Below are positions 1-10,637 of a stretch of DNA of 64,000 bases, piece by piece. Each line of letters opens with the position of its first letter. The stretch's first letter is position 1. The notes beneath the pieces are model-generated. The model made no database searches. It saw only the letters and a list, made by a program, of their open reading frames with translations, and was not told the origin of the DNA. The DNA comes from an uncultured delta proteobacterium. Its GTDB lineage: Bacteria; Desulfobacterota; Desulfobacteria; Desulfobacterales; Desulfosalsimonadaceae. Where the stretch lies: assembly GCA_963826785.1 (NCBI GenBank), contig CAWGYD010000006.1:160001-224000 (forward strand), given 5' to 3'. Both the position numbers and the translations under genes were made by a program.

Positions 1-2
1 TG

Positions 3-3000
3 GCCCTGTATAGCGGTTGCGCCGAGGCCGCTTATCTCAATACCGATTACGATGAAATGGACCGGTATACGGATGAAATTATCCGGCGTGCCCGGACCAT
101 CAATGATACGATCCCCGCCCGCATCGTCTTGCTGCACAGCCTGATGGCCCGAAACAAGCTCCACAGCGTCATCCGATCAGGATTGTCGGTGTTGAATTCA
201 TTGGGGGTTATCTTTCCCGGCCGGCCCACCAAACTGCATGTGCTGTTGGCGTTTTTGCGGATAAAGCGATATCTCAGGGGGAAATCGCCGGAAGATTTTC
301 TGGATCTGCCGATGAATGAAAATCCGGCCATCCAGGCCCAGGTGGACCTGATGGCGACCCTCACCTCCACGGCCTTCTGGACGACTCCGAATCTGCTGCC
401 CCTCATTGTTTTCCGGCTGATGCGGACCTTTTCAAGCCACGGCAACACCGATTTTTCGCCCTATGTGTATGCCGGGTACGGGTTCATGCTGTGTGCCCTC
501 GGCGACATCGATGAGGGCTACAGTTACGGCATGATGGCGCTTGAACTGCTGAAGCGGATGGACAACCCGAAATACAAGGCGCGCACCCTGATGGTGTTCA
601 ACACCTTTATCCAGCACTGGAAGGAGCATGCCCCCGAAAAGATACCCGGCCTCACAGAAGGATATTTCAGCGGGCTGCAGCAGGGCGACCTGGAGTTTGC
701 CGGCCATAACCTGATGGTCAAGGATGACAATCTCTACCTCATCGGCACCCCGCTTCCCGAAATGGATGCGGAGCTTCGCAAAAGCAAGGAAAGCTTGAAA
801 AAACTCGGCCAGGTATCCGACATGCACCTGGTGCAGATCCTTCATCAGGTCGTCTTGAACCTTCAGGGACATGGCCTTTTGCCGGGGAGGCTTTCGGGGG
901 AATCCTATGATGAAGAAAAGATGCTGGACATCCATCTGGCCGCCAATGACAAGACATGCCTTTTTCATTTCTATGTGAACAAACTCATCTTGAACTACCT
1001 GTTCGGCGATGATGATCAGGCCTGCCGCATGTCGGAGCAGATGATGAAATATATTGACGGGGCCCGGGGCATCTTCTTCTATCCCGCCGCTTTTTTTTAT
1101 GATTCCCTGGCCCGGCTCCGCTCAGCCGGGCCGGGGGGCCGGATATCAAAGGTGAAAGCCCTGCTGCGCGCGGCGCGAAACCAGAAAAAAATGAAAAAGT
1201 GGGCCGGTCACTGCCCGGAAAACTACCTGCACAAGTATCATCTGGTGGAGGCCGAGATCGCCCGGATCAAAAGGCGGGACCGGCGGGCCGTCGAGCTGTA
1301 TAAACGCGCCATCGAGGGTGCCCGGAAAAACGGGTTTTTCCAGGAAGCCGCGCTTGCCTGCGAATGCATGGCTCGATTTTATCTCGATCGCGGCATCGCG
1401 GAATTTGCCGGTGCCTGCATGACTCAGGCCCGCAGTTTGTATGCGGACTGGGGAGCCCACGCCAAGGTGCGGCACCTGGAAGAAAACTACCAGGCGCTTC
1501 TGCCGGCGCCCCTTGAGCCCTCTGCGGTTGACGAAATCCGGGATGAAGCGCCATCAAAGGGTTTGTCCAAGGGTGACCGGTTCGATCTGTCGGCCATGAT
1601 CAAAATATCGCAGGCCATCTCCAGTGAAATTCATCTCGATAAGCTGCTGATCATCCTGATGCATTTGATCATGGAAAATTCCGGTGCGGAAAAAGCCCTG
1701 CTGGTCCTGGACCGGGAGGGCCGGCTGGTGGTGGATGCCAGATCTGTTGCCAAAACAGACGAAATCGACGTCCTGCAGTCCATTCCCGTTGAAGAAAGCG
1801 AAGATCTCTGCACCGGCGTCATCAATTACGCAAAAAGGACCGGGGCGCCCCTGGTATTGGACGATGCCCTGGAAAATGACCGCTTTTCCCGGGATGCCTA
1901 CATCCGGCAACACAGGATCCGCTCGGTGCTCTGCCTGCCGCTCATCCGCCAGCGGCGCACCATCGGCCTGATCTACCTGGAAAACAATCTTACCCCCAAT
2001 GCCTTTACCCCGGACCGGCTTGAAATGATCACGCTGCTATCGACCCAGGCCGCCAACTGCCTGGAAAATGCCATTTTCTTCGAAGCGGCCCTGGAAGCGG
2101 AAAAACAGGCGCGGAAACAGCAGGTGCAGTACCAGAAGCTCATCGAAACCATGAATGACGGCCTGGCCATCATCGATCCGGAGCTGCACATCGCCTTTGT
2201 CAACCCCGCCCTCTGCCGGATGACCGGTTATGCGGCGGAGGAAATCATCGGCCGGCCGGCCATCGATTTTCTCGATGATCAAAACCAGGAGAAACTCGAA
2301 GAAGAAGTCTCCAACTGGACGGACCGGGATCGCCATGTATTTGAAGTGGATGTGCTGGGCAAAAACGGCCGGGCGATTTCCACCATTGTTTCCCCGAAGC
2401 CCATTTATGACGCGGATGGCGAATTTGCCGGATTTCTGGGAATCGTGACCGATGTCACGGATCTCAAAAAAGCGGAAAAGGAAAAAGAACTGGCCCAGAC
2501 CCAGCTGCTCCAGAGCCAGAAACTGGAAGCCATCGGCACGCTGGCCGGCGGAATTGCCCATGACTTCAACAATTATCTCACCACCATCCTGGGGTCCATC
2601 GACCTGATCCAGATGAAGATGGATCGGCCGGAAAGCCTGAAAAAGAATCTCGCCCACATCAGGCATGCCGCTGAATCTTCCGCCGCGCTGACCCGGCAGC
2701 TGCTGGCCTTCGGGAGGGTTCAGATGCTGGAGATGACGCCCATAAATTTAAACAGGGTGGTTCCGGTCATCGAGATGATGCTGAAAAGGCTCATCGGAGA
2801 AAATATCCAGCTGATCACCCGTCTGTCTCCTGATTTGAAGCCGGTCAAAGCGGACTTCGGGCAAATGGAGCAGGTGATCATGAATCTTGCCGTCAATGCC
2901 CGGGATGCCATGCCCGACGGCGGCTGTTTGTACCTGAAAACGGACAACGTCGTCATTGATGCGGCTGTTGCACAAAGGATCTCGGATGCCGCGGCCGGAG

Positions 3001-3698
3001 AATTCGTCCGTCTGACGGTTGAAGACACCGGTTCGGGAATGGACAACCCCACCTTAGAAAAAATATTTGATCCATTTTTTTCCAACAAAGCCCTCGGCCA
3101 GGGGACCGGGCTGGGGCTGTCCGTGGTGTACGGCGTGGTCAAACAGCATCAGGGCTGGATCAATGTTTACAGCGAACCGGGCAGAGGAACCGCATTCAAC
3201 ATTTACCTGCCGGTCTCAGCGGGCGCCGCATCAGATATCCAATCCGATGCCGGTGGGGAAACGGGGATTGAAACGTGCCCTTATGCGGGAAACCAGCAGC
3301 GGGTCCTGTTGATCGAGGACCAGCCGGAAGTCCGGGAAGTGGTGAACATCGCATTGACTGAAAGCGGCTACATTGTGCGGGAGGCGGCAACCCTGCGCGA
3401 AGCCGAGGCCCTGATGGCGCAGGAAGACGAAAATTTCGACCTGCTCTTCAGCGACGTCATCCTGCCGGACGGCAACGGCATGGAATTTGCCGTCAAAATT
3501 ACCGGCCGGAACCCGGAAATAAAGGTCCTGCTCTCTTCCGGCTACACCGAAGAAAAATCCCGTCCGGACACCATCGCCCAAAAACACTTTCATTTTCTCC
3601 AGAAACCGTATCCCCTGACCGTCATGCTCGAAACCGTGAACCGGATACTGTCGGGCAATCATGAAATCAGACGGCCGCCCGCCATATCCCGATCATGA
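3..3698 (+). CDS. Hybrid sensor histidine kinase (helical/TPR region-GAF-PAS-HisKA-HATPase-REC), 5' end outside the window; resembles the C-terminal part of STK/AAA-ATPase/HK multidomain kinases
   Basis: Frame is open from base 3. GAF (SVLCLPL...GLIYLEN), PAS, H-box LAGGIAHDFNN, G-boxes DTGSGM/GTGLGL, receiver LLIED...FSDVILPD. Confidence 0.9.
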   Translation, partial: ALYSGCAEAAYLNTDYDEMDRYTDEIIRRARTINDTIPARIVLLHSLMARNKLHSVIRSGLSVLNSLGVIFPGRPTKLHVLLAFLRIKRYLRGKSPEDFLDLPMNENPAIQAQVDLMATLTSTAFWTTPNLLPLIVFRLMRTFSSHGNTDFSPYVYAGYGFMLCALGDIDEGYSYGMMALELLKRMDNPKYKARTLMVFNTFIQHWKEHAPEKIPGLTEGYFSGLQQGDLEFAGHNLMVKDDNLYLIGTPLPEMDAELRKSKESLKKLGQVSDMHLVQILHQVVLNLQGHGLLPGRLSGESYDEEKMLDIHLAANDKTCLFHFYVNKLILNYLFGDDDQACRMSEQMMKYIDGARGIFFYPAAFFYDSLARLRSAGPGGRISKVKALLRAARNQKKMKKWAGHCPENYLHKYHLVEAEIARIKRRDRRAVELYKRAIEGARKNGFFQEAALACECMARFYLDRGIAEFAGACMTQARSLYADWGAHAKVRHLEENYQALLPAPLEPSAVDEIRDEAPSKGLSKGDRFDLSAMIKISQAISSEIHLDKLLIILMHLIMENSGAEKALLVLDREGRLVVDARSVAKTDEIDVLQSIPVEESEDLCTGVINYAKRTGAPLVLDDALENDRFSRDAYIRQHRIRSVLCLPLIRQRRTIGLIYLENNLTPNAFTPDRLEMITLLSTQAANCLENAIFFEAALEAEKQARKQQVQYQKLIETMNDGLAIIDPELHIAFVNPALCRMTGYAAEEIIGRPAIDFLDDQNQEKLEEEVSNWTDRDRHVFEVDVLGKNGRAISTIVSPKPIYDADGEFAGFLGIVTDVTDLKKAEKEKELAQTQLLQSQKLEAIGTLAGGIAHDFNNYLTTILGSIDLIQMKMDRPESLKKNLAHIRHAAESSAALTRQLLAFGRVQMLEMTPINLNRVVPVIEMMLKRLIGENIQLITRLSPDLKPVKADFGQMEQVIMNLAVNARDAMPDGGCLYLKTDNVVIDAAVAQRISDAAAGEFVRLTVEDTGSGMDNPTLEKIFDPFFSNKALGQGTGLGLSVVYGVVKQHQGWINVYSEPGRGTAFNIYLPVSAGAASDIQSDAGGETGIETCPYAGNQQRVLLIEDQPEVREVVNIALTESGYIVREAATLREAEALMAQEDENFDLLFSDVILPDGNGMEFAVKITGRNPEIKVLLSSGYTEEKSRPDTIAQKHFHFLQKPYPLTVMLETVNRILSGNHEIRRPPAISRS

Positions 3699-3835
3699 CG
3701 GGCCTGGCCATGGCTTTCCAGATGCTTCAGAATCCGCTTTTTCCGATTCCGGGCCGTTCACTGATGCTTTCTGGCTGCTGATGCCGTAGTTGCTGCGGAC
3801 GGGATACTGCATTGACGGCAATGGGGGGGCGGTTG

Positions 3836-3864
3836 TTGAATCCGTCTGGGAGCGCGGCTATAAT
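3836..3864 (+). promoter_or_regulatory. Candidate sigma70 promoter
   Basis: TTGAAT-17 bp-TATAAT upstream of the 3948 ATG. Confidence 0.5.
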
Positions 3865-3947
3865 GAAAAGACCAGGGCGCTCATCCGTGAATGGCTGTTG
3901 AACCGGGTCAAATTGTTCGGAAGAATCTCACTGATAAAGGATAAACC

Positions 3948-5050
3948 ATGGACAACCCTGCCTATTTGAAAATCTGGGAAAAAATAGAGGAATACTTCAT
4001 GACCGCCCCCAAAGACGCCGAGGGCAATCCGCACCCGTCTTTTTTAAAATACCTCGCCCTGGTGTATGCGCCGGAAGAGGCTGAACTGGTGCAGCACATG
4101 AAGCGCCCCGGTCAGTTCACCACCACCGGGGAGATCGCCGCGGCCGCCGGCAAACCGGCCGATGCTGTCCAGGCGGTGCTGGATGCCGTGCACCGGCGAA
4201 ACGGGCTGATCGGGATGGGCGACTGGTTTTCGCTGCCGCCCATGCCGCTTCTGGTCAACAATCACACCTTTTACCCGGAGATCAAAGAAAACGACCTTCA
4301 GGCGGCAGCCCTGTACCAGGATTTTTTCATCAGGGACGAATATTACCGGTACTACGAAGGCTCCAAAAAAGGGACCCCGGTGTTTCGAACCATCCCGGTG
4401 GAAGCCGCCATTGAACCGGAGCAGAAAGTCCTCTCCTCCGAAGAGGCGCATGACCTGATCATGAACCGGGCGCCGGCGGAAATGGCGCTGGTCCCCTGCC
4501 CGTGCCGCACCCGCGACCGAAAAAATGAACATCCGCGAATGCAGGGACAAAAACCCGGTGGCCAGCTGCATCATGATGGGGCCCATCGCCCTCCATTTCG
4601 AAATGCTGGGCCTGGGCCAGGCGGGTCACCCGGGAGGAGGCCGTGGCCTACTTCGATGAGATGCAGGAAAAGGGACTGGTGGGCCAGACCGACAACGCCA
4701 TGGACGGCGTATCGATTATCTGCATGTGCTGCGGCTGCTGCTGCTCGCAATTGCGGGGCCGGACCCGGTGGGACAACATGTCGGCCATTCTGCCGTCGAA
4801 TTTCATCCCCCGGTCCGGCGATGACTGCGCCGCCTGCGGCATCTGCGTGGACAGATGCTGGTTCGGGGCGCTCTCCATCGACGAGGCCCAGGAACGATCC
4901 GTGGTCGACCCGGAAAAATGCATCGGCTGCGGCGTCTGCACACTCGCCTGCCCCCAGGAAACCCTCAAGCTTTACCGCTATGAAAGGGCAACACCGTTTG
5001 AGACGGCAAAAGAGATGGTCAAAACCATTGCGAAGGAGAACAGGGAGTAA
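3948..5050 (+). CDS. 4Fe-4S dicluster ferredoxin-domain protein (two +1 frameshifts near 4516 and 4618)
   Basis: CPCR, ICMCCGCCC and two CxxCxxCxxxC motifs are split over frames; removing two single bases restores one ORF. Confidence 0.8.
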
Positions 5051-5090
5051 GCGGGAATAATTGCATACTGTCTTCGCCTTGAAAGTCTGC

Positions 5091-5312
5091 CTACCGTTCT
5101 CTTCCTTTTCTGATAATATCCACAATTTCTTTTGTTGTAATTTTCGCCTTGATGGACGGCACATCGAGCGGAGAAGCCATATTATTCTCCTCCGGAACCA
5201 ATGCAAAAGTTCGGCCGTCTTTTCTTCGAATCAGTACTTTTCCGGTGCTTTCCGCCTGCTCAAGCACCAGGGCCAGCTTTTGTCTGGCCTCTGAATATGT
5301 ATAGACCTGCAT
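5091..5312 (-). CDS. Phd/YefM family antitoxin (no cognate toxin seen)
   Basis: MQVYTYSEARQKLALVLEQA...VLIRRKDG Phd-type N-terminus, 73 aa. Confidence 0.8.
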   Translation of the reverse strand: MQVYTYSEARQKLALVLEQAESTGKVLIRRKDGRTFALVPEENNMASPLDVPSIKAKITTKEIVDIIRKGRER

Positions 5313-5345
5313 TTATACATCCAATATCAAATACATTTTATCCGC

Positions 5346-5374
5346 TTGACAACTGTCACGTGATTGTTTACAGT
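5346..5374 (+). promoter_or_regulatory. higBA promoter with imperfect palindromic operator; probably leaderless
   Basis: TTGACA-17 bp-TACAGT, ATG 6 nt after the -10; AACtgTCACGTGAttGTT lies between the boxes. Confidence 0.7.
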
Positions 5375-5380
5375 GCATCT

Positions 5381-5662
5381 ATGATAAAAACGTTTGCTGA
5401 TAAAGAAACCCAAAAATTATTCGTTTCCGGCAAATCAAAACGCATACCTTCCGATTTATTGAGAAGGGCAATAAGGCGTTTAGAATCTATCCATTTTGCA
5501 AGTGACATAAATGACCTTTTGGTGCCTCCCAGCAACAGGCTCCATGCGCTAAAAGGCGATAGAGACGGGCAGTATTCCATATCGATAAATGACCAGTGGC
5601 GAATTTGTTTCCGTTTCATCGAAGGCGATGCTTACGATGTTGAAATAGCCGATTACCATTAA
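5381..5662 (+). CDS. higB: HigB-family (RelE/ParE superfamily) toxin
   Basis: MIKTFADKETQKLF...PPSNRLHALKGDRDGQYSISINDQWRICFRF...VEIADYH. Confidence 0.92.
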   Translation: MIKTFADKETQKLFVSGKSKRIPSDLLRRAIRRLESIHFASDINDLLVPPSNRLHALKGDRDGQYSISINDQWRICFRFIEGDAYDVEIADYH

Positions 5663-5673
5663 GGATTGAAACC

Positions 5674-6000
5674 ATGGCCATCCCCAATACAATAAAGCGA
5701 GAAATCAGACCGACTCATCCCGGTGAAATGCTCAGAGAAGATTTCATGCCGGACTATGGTCTTAACACAGCCTCAATGGCAGAGGCTTTAGGCGTATCAC
5801 GCCAAACCATAAATGAAATTTTAAGAGAACGACGCGCTATCAGTCCTGCTATGGCGCTCAGATTGTCACGTCTTTTTGGCAATTCACCCGAATTCTGGTT
5901 GAATATGCAGCATTCATGGGATCTTTGGGAATCAGCACAGCGATATAGTAAGGAATTATCACAAATCCAACCTCTGAATGCCGCACGAACGAATAGATAG
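5674..6000 (+). CDS. higA: HigA-family antitoxin (HTH)
   Basis: PTHPGEMLREDFM...MALRLSRLFGNSPEFWLNMQ; directly follows higB. Confidence 0.92.
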   Translation: MAIPNTIKREIRPTHPGEMLREDFMPDYGLNTASMAEALGVSRQTINEILRERRAISPAMALRLSRLFGNSPEFWLNMQHSWDLWESAQRYSKELSQIQPLNAARTNR

Positions 6001-6033
6001 AAATCTCCTCCGCCCGGACATTCATAGCATGCA

Positions 6034-6318
6034 TTATGAAATTCTCGCGACTTTGATGTTAAGCGCTTCGGCAATCCGGTTTGCCATATCAGGTATAAGT
6101 CTGCGTTTACCCCGTTCATAATCACTGATCATATTTTGCCGAATCCCAAGCTGTTCGGCAAGTTGAGATTGTGACAGGTTCGCCTTGAGCCGGGCGGCGG
6201 AAAGAAGGTTGCCGATCCTGTTTGACTGCATTTCCTTCCAGAAATCAGTTTCTTCGATAGCAATGCGTTCATCGCTATCGGAGGTAAGAATGTTCACTTC
6301 ATATTTTTTACGGTCCAT
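6034..6318 (-). CDS. XRE-family HTH protein
   Basis: ARLKANLSQSQLAEQLGIRQNMISDYERGKR. Confidence 0.75.
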   Translation of the reverse strand: MDRKKYEVNILTSDSDERIAIEETDFWKEMQSNRIGNLLSAARLKANLSQSQLAEQLGIRQNMISDYERGKRRLIPDMANRIAEALNIKVARIS

Positions 6319-6339
6319 TCAATGTGCTCATAGATTTAT

Positions 6340-7791
6340 CTATTCTCCGGCCTTTCTCGCCACGATCCGGCCGCTGCTGATCACGGTATGGATATCTTGC
6401 GTGCGGTCAATGTCTTCTCTGAAATCGCCGTTTAAGATCACCAGGTCGGCGGGTCCGCCTTCGGCGATGCGGCCGAGCCCTTTCTCCCCGGTCAGCACCG
6501 CCAGGTGGTCCCCGGATACCGAAGTGGCCGCGGCCACGGCTTCTGCCGGCGTAAACCCGCATTTTTCCACCAGCAGGCGCATTTCCGTGTGCAGGGAACC
6601 GCCGGCCACCGTGCCCACATTGGGGCTGTCGCTTCCCGCGATGATGGTGATCCCGGCCGACTTCATCCGGCGGACCGTATCATATTTCATCTCCCGGTAG
6701 ATCACCACGTCATGTATCCAGCTGTTCAGCTGGGGATCATCCCTGTCCAGGGCGCCTTCGGGCATGTTGACGTAGGCGTCGAGAATGTGCGGATCGATGA
6801 TCTGATGCTCCATTTCGGTAAAGGTCAGTGTATCGCCGAAAAAATCCACCGAATTTTCAAACGCCACCAGGGTGGGGATCACCACCGCATTTTGGTCTGC
6901 CATTTTCAAAATGGTGGCATTGGACACGGATGACCGGTAGGGGGCATGGGCGAAAAACCGCACCCCGGCATCCAGTCCGGTGAGCAGGTCCGATTCGGAG
7001 CCCACATGGGAGCAGACCGTCAGCCCCGCTTTTTCCGATTCTTTTACGATTTCGGCAATCAGATCTTCGTAAAGGCACGGGATGCCCAAGGGAATCTGAT
7101 CCACCATGATCTTGGTCAGGGTGGCGCCATGGGCCTTGTTTTCCAATATCGCGGGGCCCGCGTCGGCCGGTTCCTCGATCAGGTGGCAGACCTTGCCGAT
7201 GATGATGGTATCCATGGGCCAGGGGATGATCTCCCTTAACAACCGGTCGGGGTGCCCCCCTTTCCGGGTGAACATCTTCCCCGCATAGAAGAACCGGGGA
7301 TTGATTTTCTGCTCCGCCTCGATGTCGGATTTGAGTTTTTCCAGGTCAAGGAGTGATCCGCCCATGTCGTAGACGGTGGTGATCCCCGCAAACAGGTAGG
7401 AGGAGAGATTTCTGCGGACCAGGTGGTCATTGGGCAGGACCGGGTCCCAGGGGGCGCACCCCGATGAGGTGATATGGATGTGGGCATCGATCAACCCCGG
7501 GATCACCATCCTGCCGGCCGCATCAATCACCCGGGCATCGAAATCCGATGGATTCATATCTCCAATGGACGTGATCCGGCCGTCTTCGATGAGAATATCA
7601 ACCCCTTCCATCACCGCCGCGTCCGGGTCGCCCGTGAACACGGCCGCATCGCAAATCAGGATCGGCCGGTCCGCCGCCTCTTTTTCGGCCAGGGGACCCA
7701 GCTTGGGGGAATATACGCATCCGGCCAGGAGCAGCAGGACTGCCGAACAGATGATCCCGATTCCGATGGCGGTTATTCCGGCACGATTCAT
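6340..7791 (-). CDS. Amidohydrolase-family lipoprotein
   Basis: Lipobox LLAGC; PGLIDAHIH metal motif; AGSD; GRIAEGGPADLVIL. Confidence 0.88.
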   Translation of the reverse strand: MNRAGITAIGIGIICSAVLLLLAGCVYSPKLGPLAEKEAADRPILICDAAVFTGDPDAAVMEGVDILIEDGRITSIGDMNPSDFDARVIDAAGRMVIPGLIDAHIHITSSGCAPWDPVLPNDHLVRRNLSSYLFAGITTVYDMGGSLLDLEKLKSDIEAEQKINPRFFYAGKMFTRKGGHPDRLLREIIPWPMDTIIIGKVCHLIEEPADAGPAILENKAHGATLTKIMVDQIPLGIPCLYEDLIAEIVKESEKAGLTVCSHVGSESDLLTGLDAGVRFFAHAPYRSSVSNATILKMADQNAVVIPTLVAFENSVDFFGDTLTFTEMEHQIIDPHILDAYVNMPEGALDRDDPQLNSWIHDVVIYREMKYDTVRRMKSAGITIIAGSDSPNVGTVAGGSLHTEMRLLVEKCGFTPAEAVAAATSVSGDHLAVLTGEKGLGRIAEGGPADLVILNGDFREDIDRTQDIHTVISSGRIVARKAGE

Positions 7792-7856
7792 TTTTTCCTC
7801 CCCTCCATTATAAATAGCCGAATGGCAATGCACTGAAAATTTCTGCTAATCTCAAT

Positions 7857-8615
7857 TCATTTCCTTTGTTTTCCGGGGGCTGACTTTCGATAAAATTTCT
7901 TCACCTTTGCTTTGGCTGCATCTGCTTCTTCCCCTTCAACCAACTCACGTTTTAGGACTTCTGTCCGAATGATTTGTTCAATATCAGAAGTTTCCACCTT
8001 GACCCCCTCCGCAAGGCGCCGGATTTCGCGTCGAAGTAGGTTAAGAACGGGTTCGCTTAAAATCAAGTTTCCGATCACATAACGATTAATGTTTTGAACC
8101 TTTTCATAGAAATCCTCGCGGACATTTTTGCATAAGCCTTCTTTTGATAGCATGAAGAGACATTCAATATCTTTTGGGTCCTTAGGGTTTAATTTCGAAA
8201 AATCAAAACTGCATACAAGATCATGATTTATCGGCTTTTCGAAACGAATACGATAAATCCGCCATTCAAGGCCGTTTGTAAGAATTACCCACTGAACGCC
8301 TTTATTTGCCCCGTAATCTATTGCCTGCTTTACGTGGGCATCTTTCAGGTCAATCCCAATAGCTTTTGCTTCGATCAGGAACTGAGTTTTATCTTCTACC
8401 TTCACAGCCAAATCACAGTATGTTCCTCTGATTGCCAGCTCACTCGTGACTTCAAGATATTTGTCGTATCCGAAAATATCCCCGAAAATATCGTTTATAA
8501 CAGATACAGTATCTGACTCATTGACATCCCGATCTTTTGCGAGCTGGACGATTTTCTGAAATTTTGGAAGATTACTCGTAAAGCGATTAAGAACTTTCTT
8601 CGGAGCACTCGCCAT
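7857..8615 (-). CDS. HsdR N-terminal-type PD-(D/E)xK nuclease-domain protein
   Basis: NESDT...FGYD...CDLAV...LIEAK...QAIDY...ILTNG motifs; low GC. Confidence 0.8.
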   Translation of the reverse strand: MASAPKKVLNRFTSNLPKFQKIVQLAKDRDVNESDTVSVINDIFGDIFGYDKYLEVTSELAIRGTYCDLAVKVEDKTQFLIEAKAIGIDLKDAHVKQAIDYGANKGVQWVILTNGLEWRIYRIRFEKPINHDLVCSFDFSKLNPKDPKDIECLFMLSKEGLCKNVREDFYEKVQNINRYVIGNLILSEPVLNLLRREIRRLAEGVKVETSDIEQIIRTEVLKRELVEGEEADAAKAKVKKFYRKSAPGKQRK

Positions 8616-8850
8616 GTGACTCTCCTTCCTTTTGGGATTTTACATCATTCACCAATTTATTGGCCTATTCTCAGCAGGATTAAGAATCCACTCTGCAGGG
8701 AGTGGTTCCATCAGCAGTGTCGGTTTTCAAATACTCAATGATCGTACGTCGAAAATTTTCTAAGTCCGTGCCACGATTTTATTTTGGCAGGCCAAATTTT
8801 TTTTCTTACAATAGGTATGCTGTCCCCCGACAGTGTGTCTTCCGACGAAT

Positions 8851-10486
8851 TCAAGCGAATATTTTGCTGGCATTTCGGCTTTCACTATACCGCATCTTTT
8901 TTTTACGGAATTGATTTCCGTTTGTCTTCCAAGTTTCGATAGCTCGTTTGCCCAAGGTGAGCGAAATTTCGTGAAGCACATCTGGATGAGATAGCTCCTT
9001 CCACGTCTTAAATATGAAATGATCGAGGGAGAATCCATCGTCCCTGCGACGGAATATCCACAGCCCACGCCTCGCTGCAAGCGCCAGCACCGTTGACTGA
9101 AGCCGCAGTGCGTAAGACTTGGCTTGAATGAAGGCTTCCCTTAGTTCCTTCTTCGTGAATATTTCAAGTTTGCATTCTATAATTGCAACAGCCTTTTCTT
9201 CACCAGGGTGCGGGTCACCTCCCAATACATAGTCAGGGAAATTGCGTTCCCCGCGACCCATTCTACTGGGAACTGACGAATCCAATCATTCTCCTCAAAG
9301 CCAAGGCGTTTTAGTAATGGTTCAACGAGCATCTGCTCAACAGCACGTTCGTTTTCCAAATCAATATCCGGTAATTCTTCCGCAGCAGGTGCCAAAGGCA
9401 GCAGTGAGCAATCGAAATCCTTGGAACGTAACAAAGCGCATATCGCAGTATATTCCTCGGTGGAAAACGGTGTGCCGCTTGCCCCTTGGAAATGAGCTCG
9501 AACGACAGATTTTTGTCCGAGTACTGGATGGTTACGAAACTCCTTAAATGGAATAGGAACGATCCTTACGGGATGGCCAACACGAATTGCCGAATAGAAA
9601 TAAAAAAAGGGATCGTTAAAACCGTTATCCAAAGCGCGCCAAATAGAATGAAGAGAACTTCTTGGCGAAGCGCACCACATTAAAACGATATCTCCCCGGC
9701 GAGTTTCAAGGCTGCCTTGCCAAAAGCTCACGGATTTTTCTGATATCGTATCAAGGTACTCGAAATCATCATTCCCCACGCCGCCAATAAAAACCATACG
9801 CGGGATGGTAACGGCAATGGATTACTGCTGTGAATTGCAAGATACTTAGGAGCGAAATCATATAGAAAGGCATTGAGTTCTTGTGGCGAAAGCTGGTGAC
9901 GCTTACGGAATTTATAAAGTGCGCGATTGACGGCCAGATAGTAGAGCGCGCGAGCACGTTTCTGCAGCTTGCCTGGGATATCCGGAAGTGTGATGTCAAA
10001 ACATTCACAAATTTTCACGAACTCGTCGAACCGCCTTGAAAAAAAATAGGGGGCGAAGATCTCAGGGTGAGCGTCATGTAGCCCCGCGGACACAATGTCT
10101 ATTGCGCGAAAAACTTCACTGTAACCTGTTGAGTCGGGTTGCCCTCCAGCAAACACTCTCACAAAATGCTTGCCTTCAGCGGCAAAGGGCCACTCCAATC
10201 CGACATCCGCAATTTCGGTAAAAAGGTTTTCCCCATCATTCAAATCTGTAATAGTATGATCACCTGCGTAGTCTCTGATCATCCCGCGCAAATCAACTTC
10301 TTCTCGTCCACAAATTCCATTTTCCTCAGCCTTCCCGTTCGACTCTTCACAGAAAAACATCTGGAATGTATCTGTCTGAGGAACTCCAGAAGCGGAAGCC
10401 AAGTGGCCGGATAGGTCACGTTCAATAGCCGAGTGACCGTCTTTAGAATCGCGATACAAAGTCCATAAGAAACGATTGAATTCCAA
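8851..10486 (-). CDS. Restriction-like protein: N-terminal domain, EVE/PUA-like domain and HsdR-N PD-(D/E)xK nuclease (two frameshifts); third integron cassette
   Basis: Three overlapping ORFs (9728-10486, 9177-9797, 8851-9285). WQG...GDIVLMW segment, then NERAVE...LGF...PDY...IIECK...QAKSYA. Confidence 0.65.
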
Positions 10487-10531
10487 TGTTCATTCTCATA
10501 GATATTCGATGAATAGTATTATGCTTGTCCG

Positions 10532-10628
10532 GGCTAACGACCAAGGTTACCTGCGCCGCCACTGAGCTTGCCGCGTCAGGGCCGCCACGCTTCTCGGCGT
10601 CAAGTGAACCGCCATATAGAGGTTCGGC
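10532..10628 (-). mobile_element. Integron attC site
   Basis: Minus strand GCCGAAC...GTTAGCC; inner stem GGTT(C)ACTTG(A)CGCCG / CGGCGCAGGTAACC with two extrahelical bases; just after a stop codon. Confidence 0.8.
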
Positions 10629-10637
10629 GTCAGCCGT

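Noticed and set aside
8620..8900. Expected attC after the third cassette
   Set aside because: No GGCTAAC-like R'' box or attC hairpin found.
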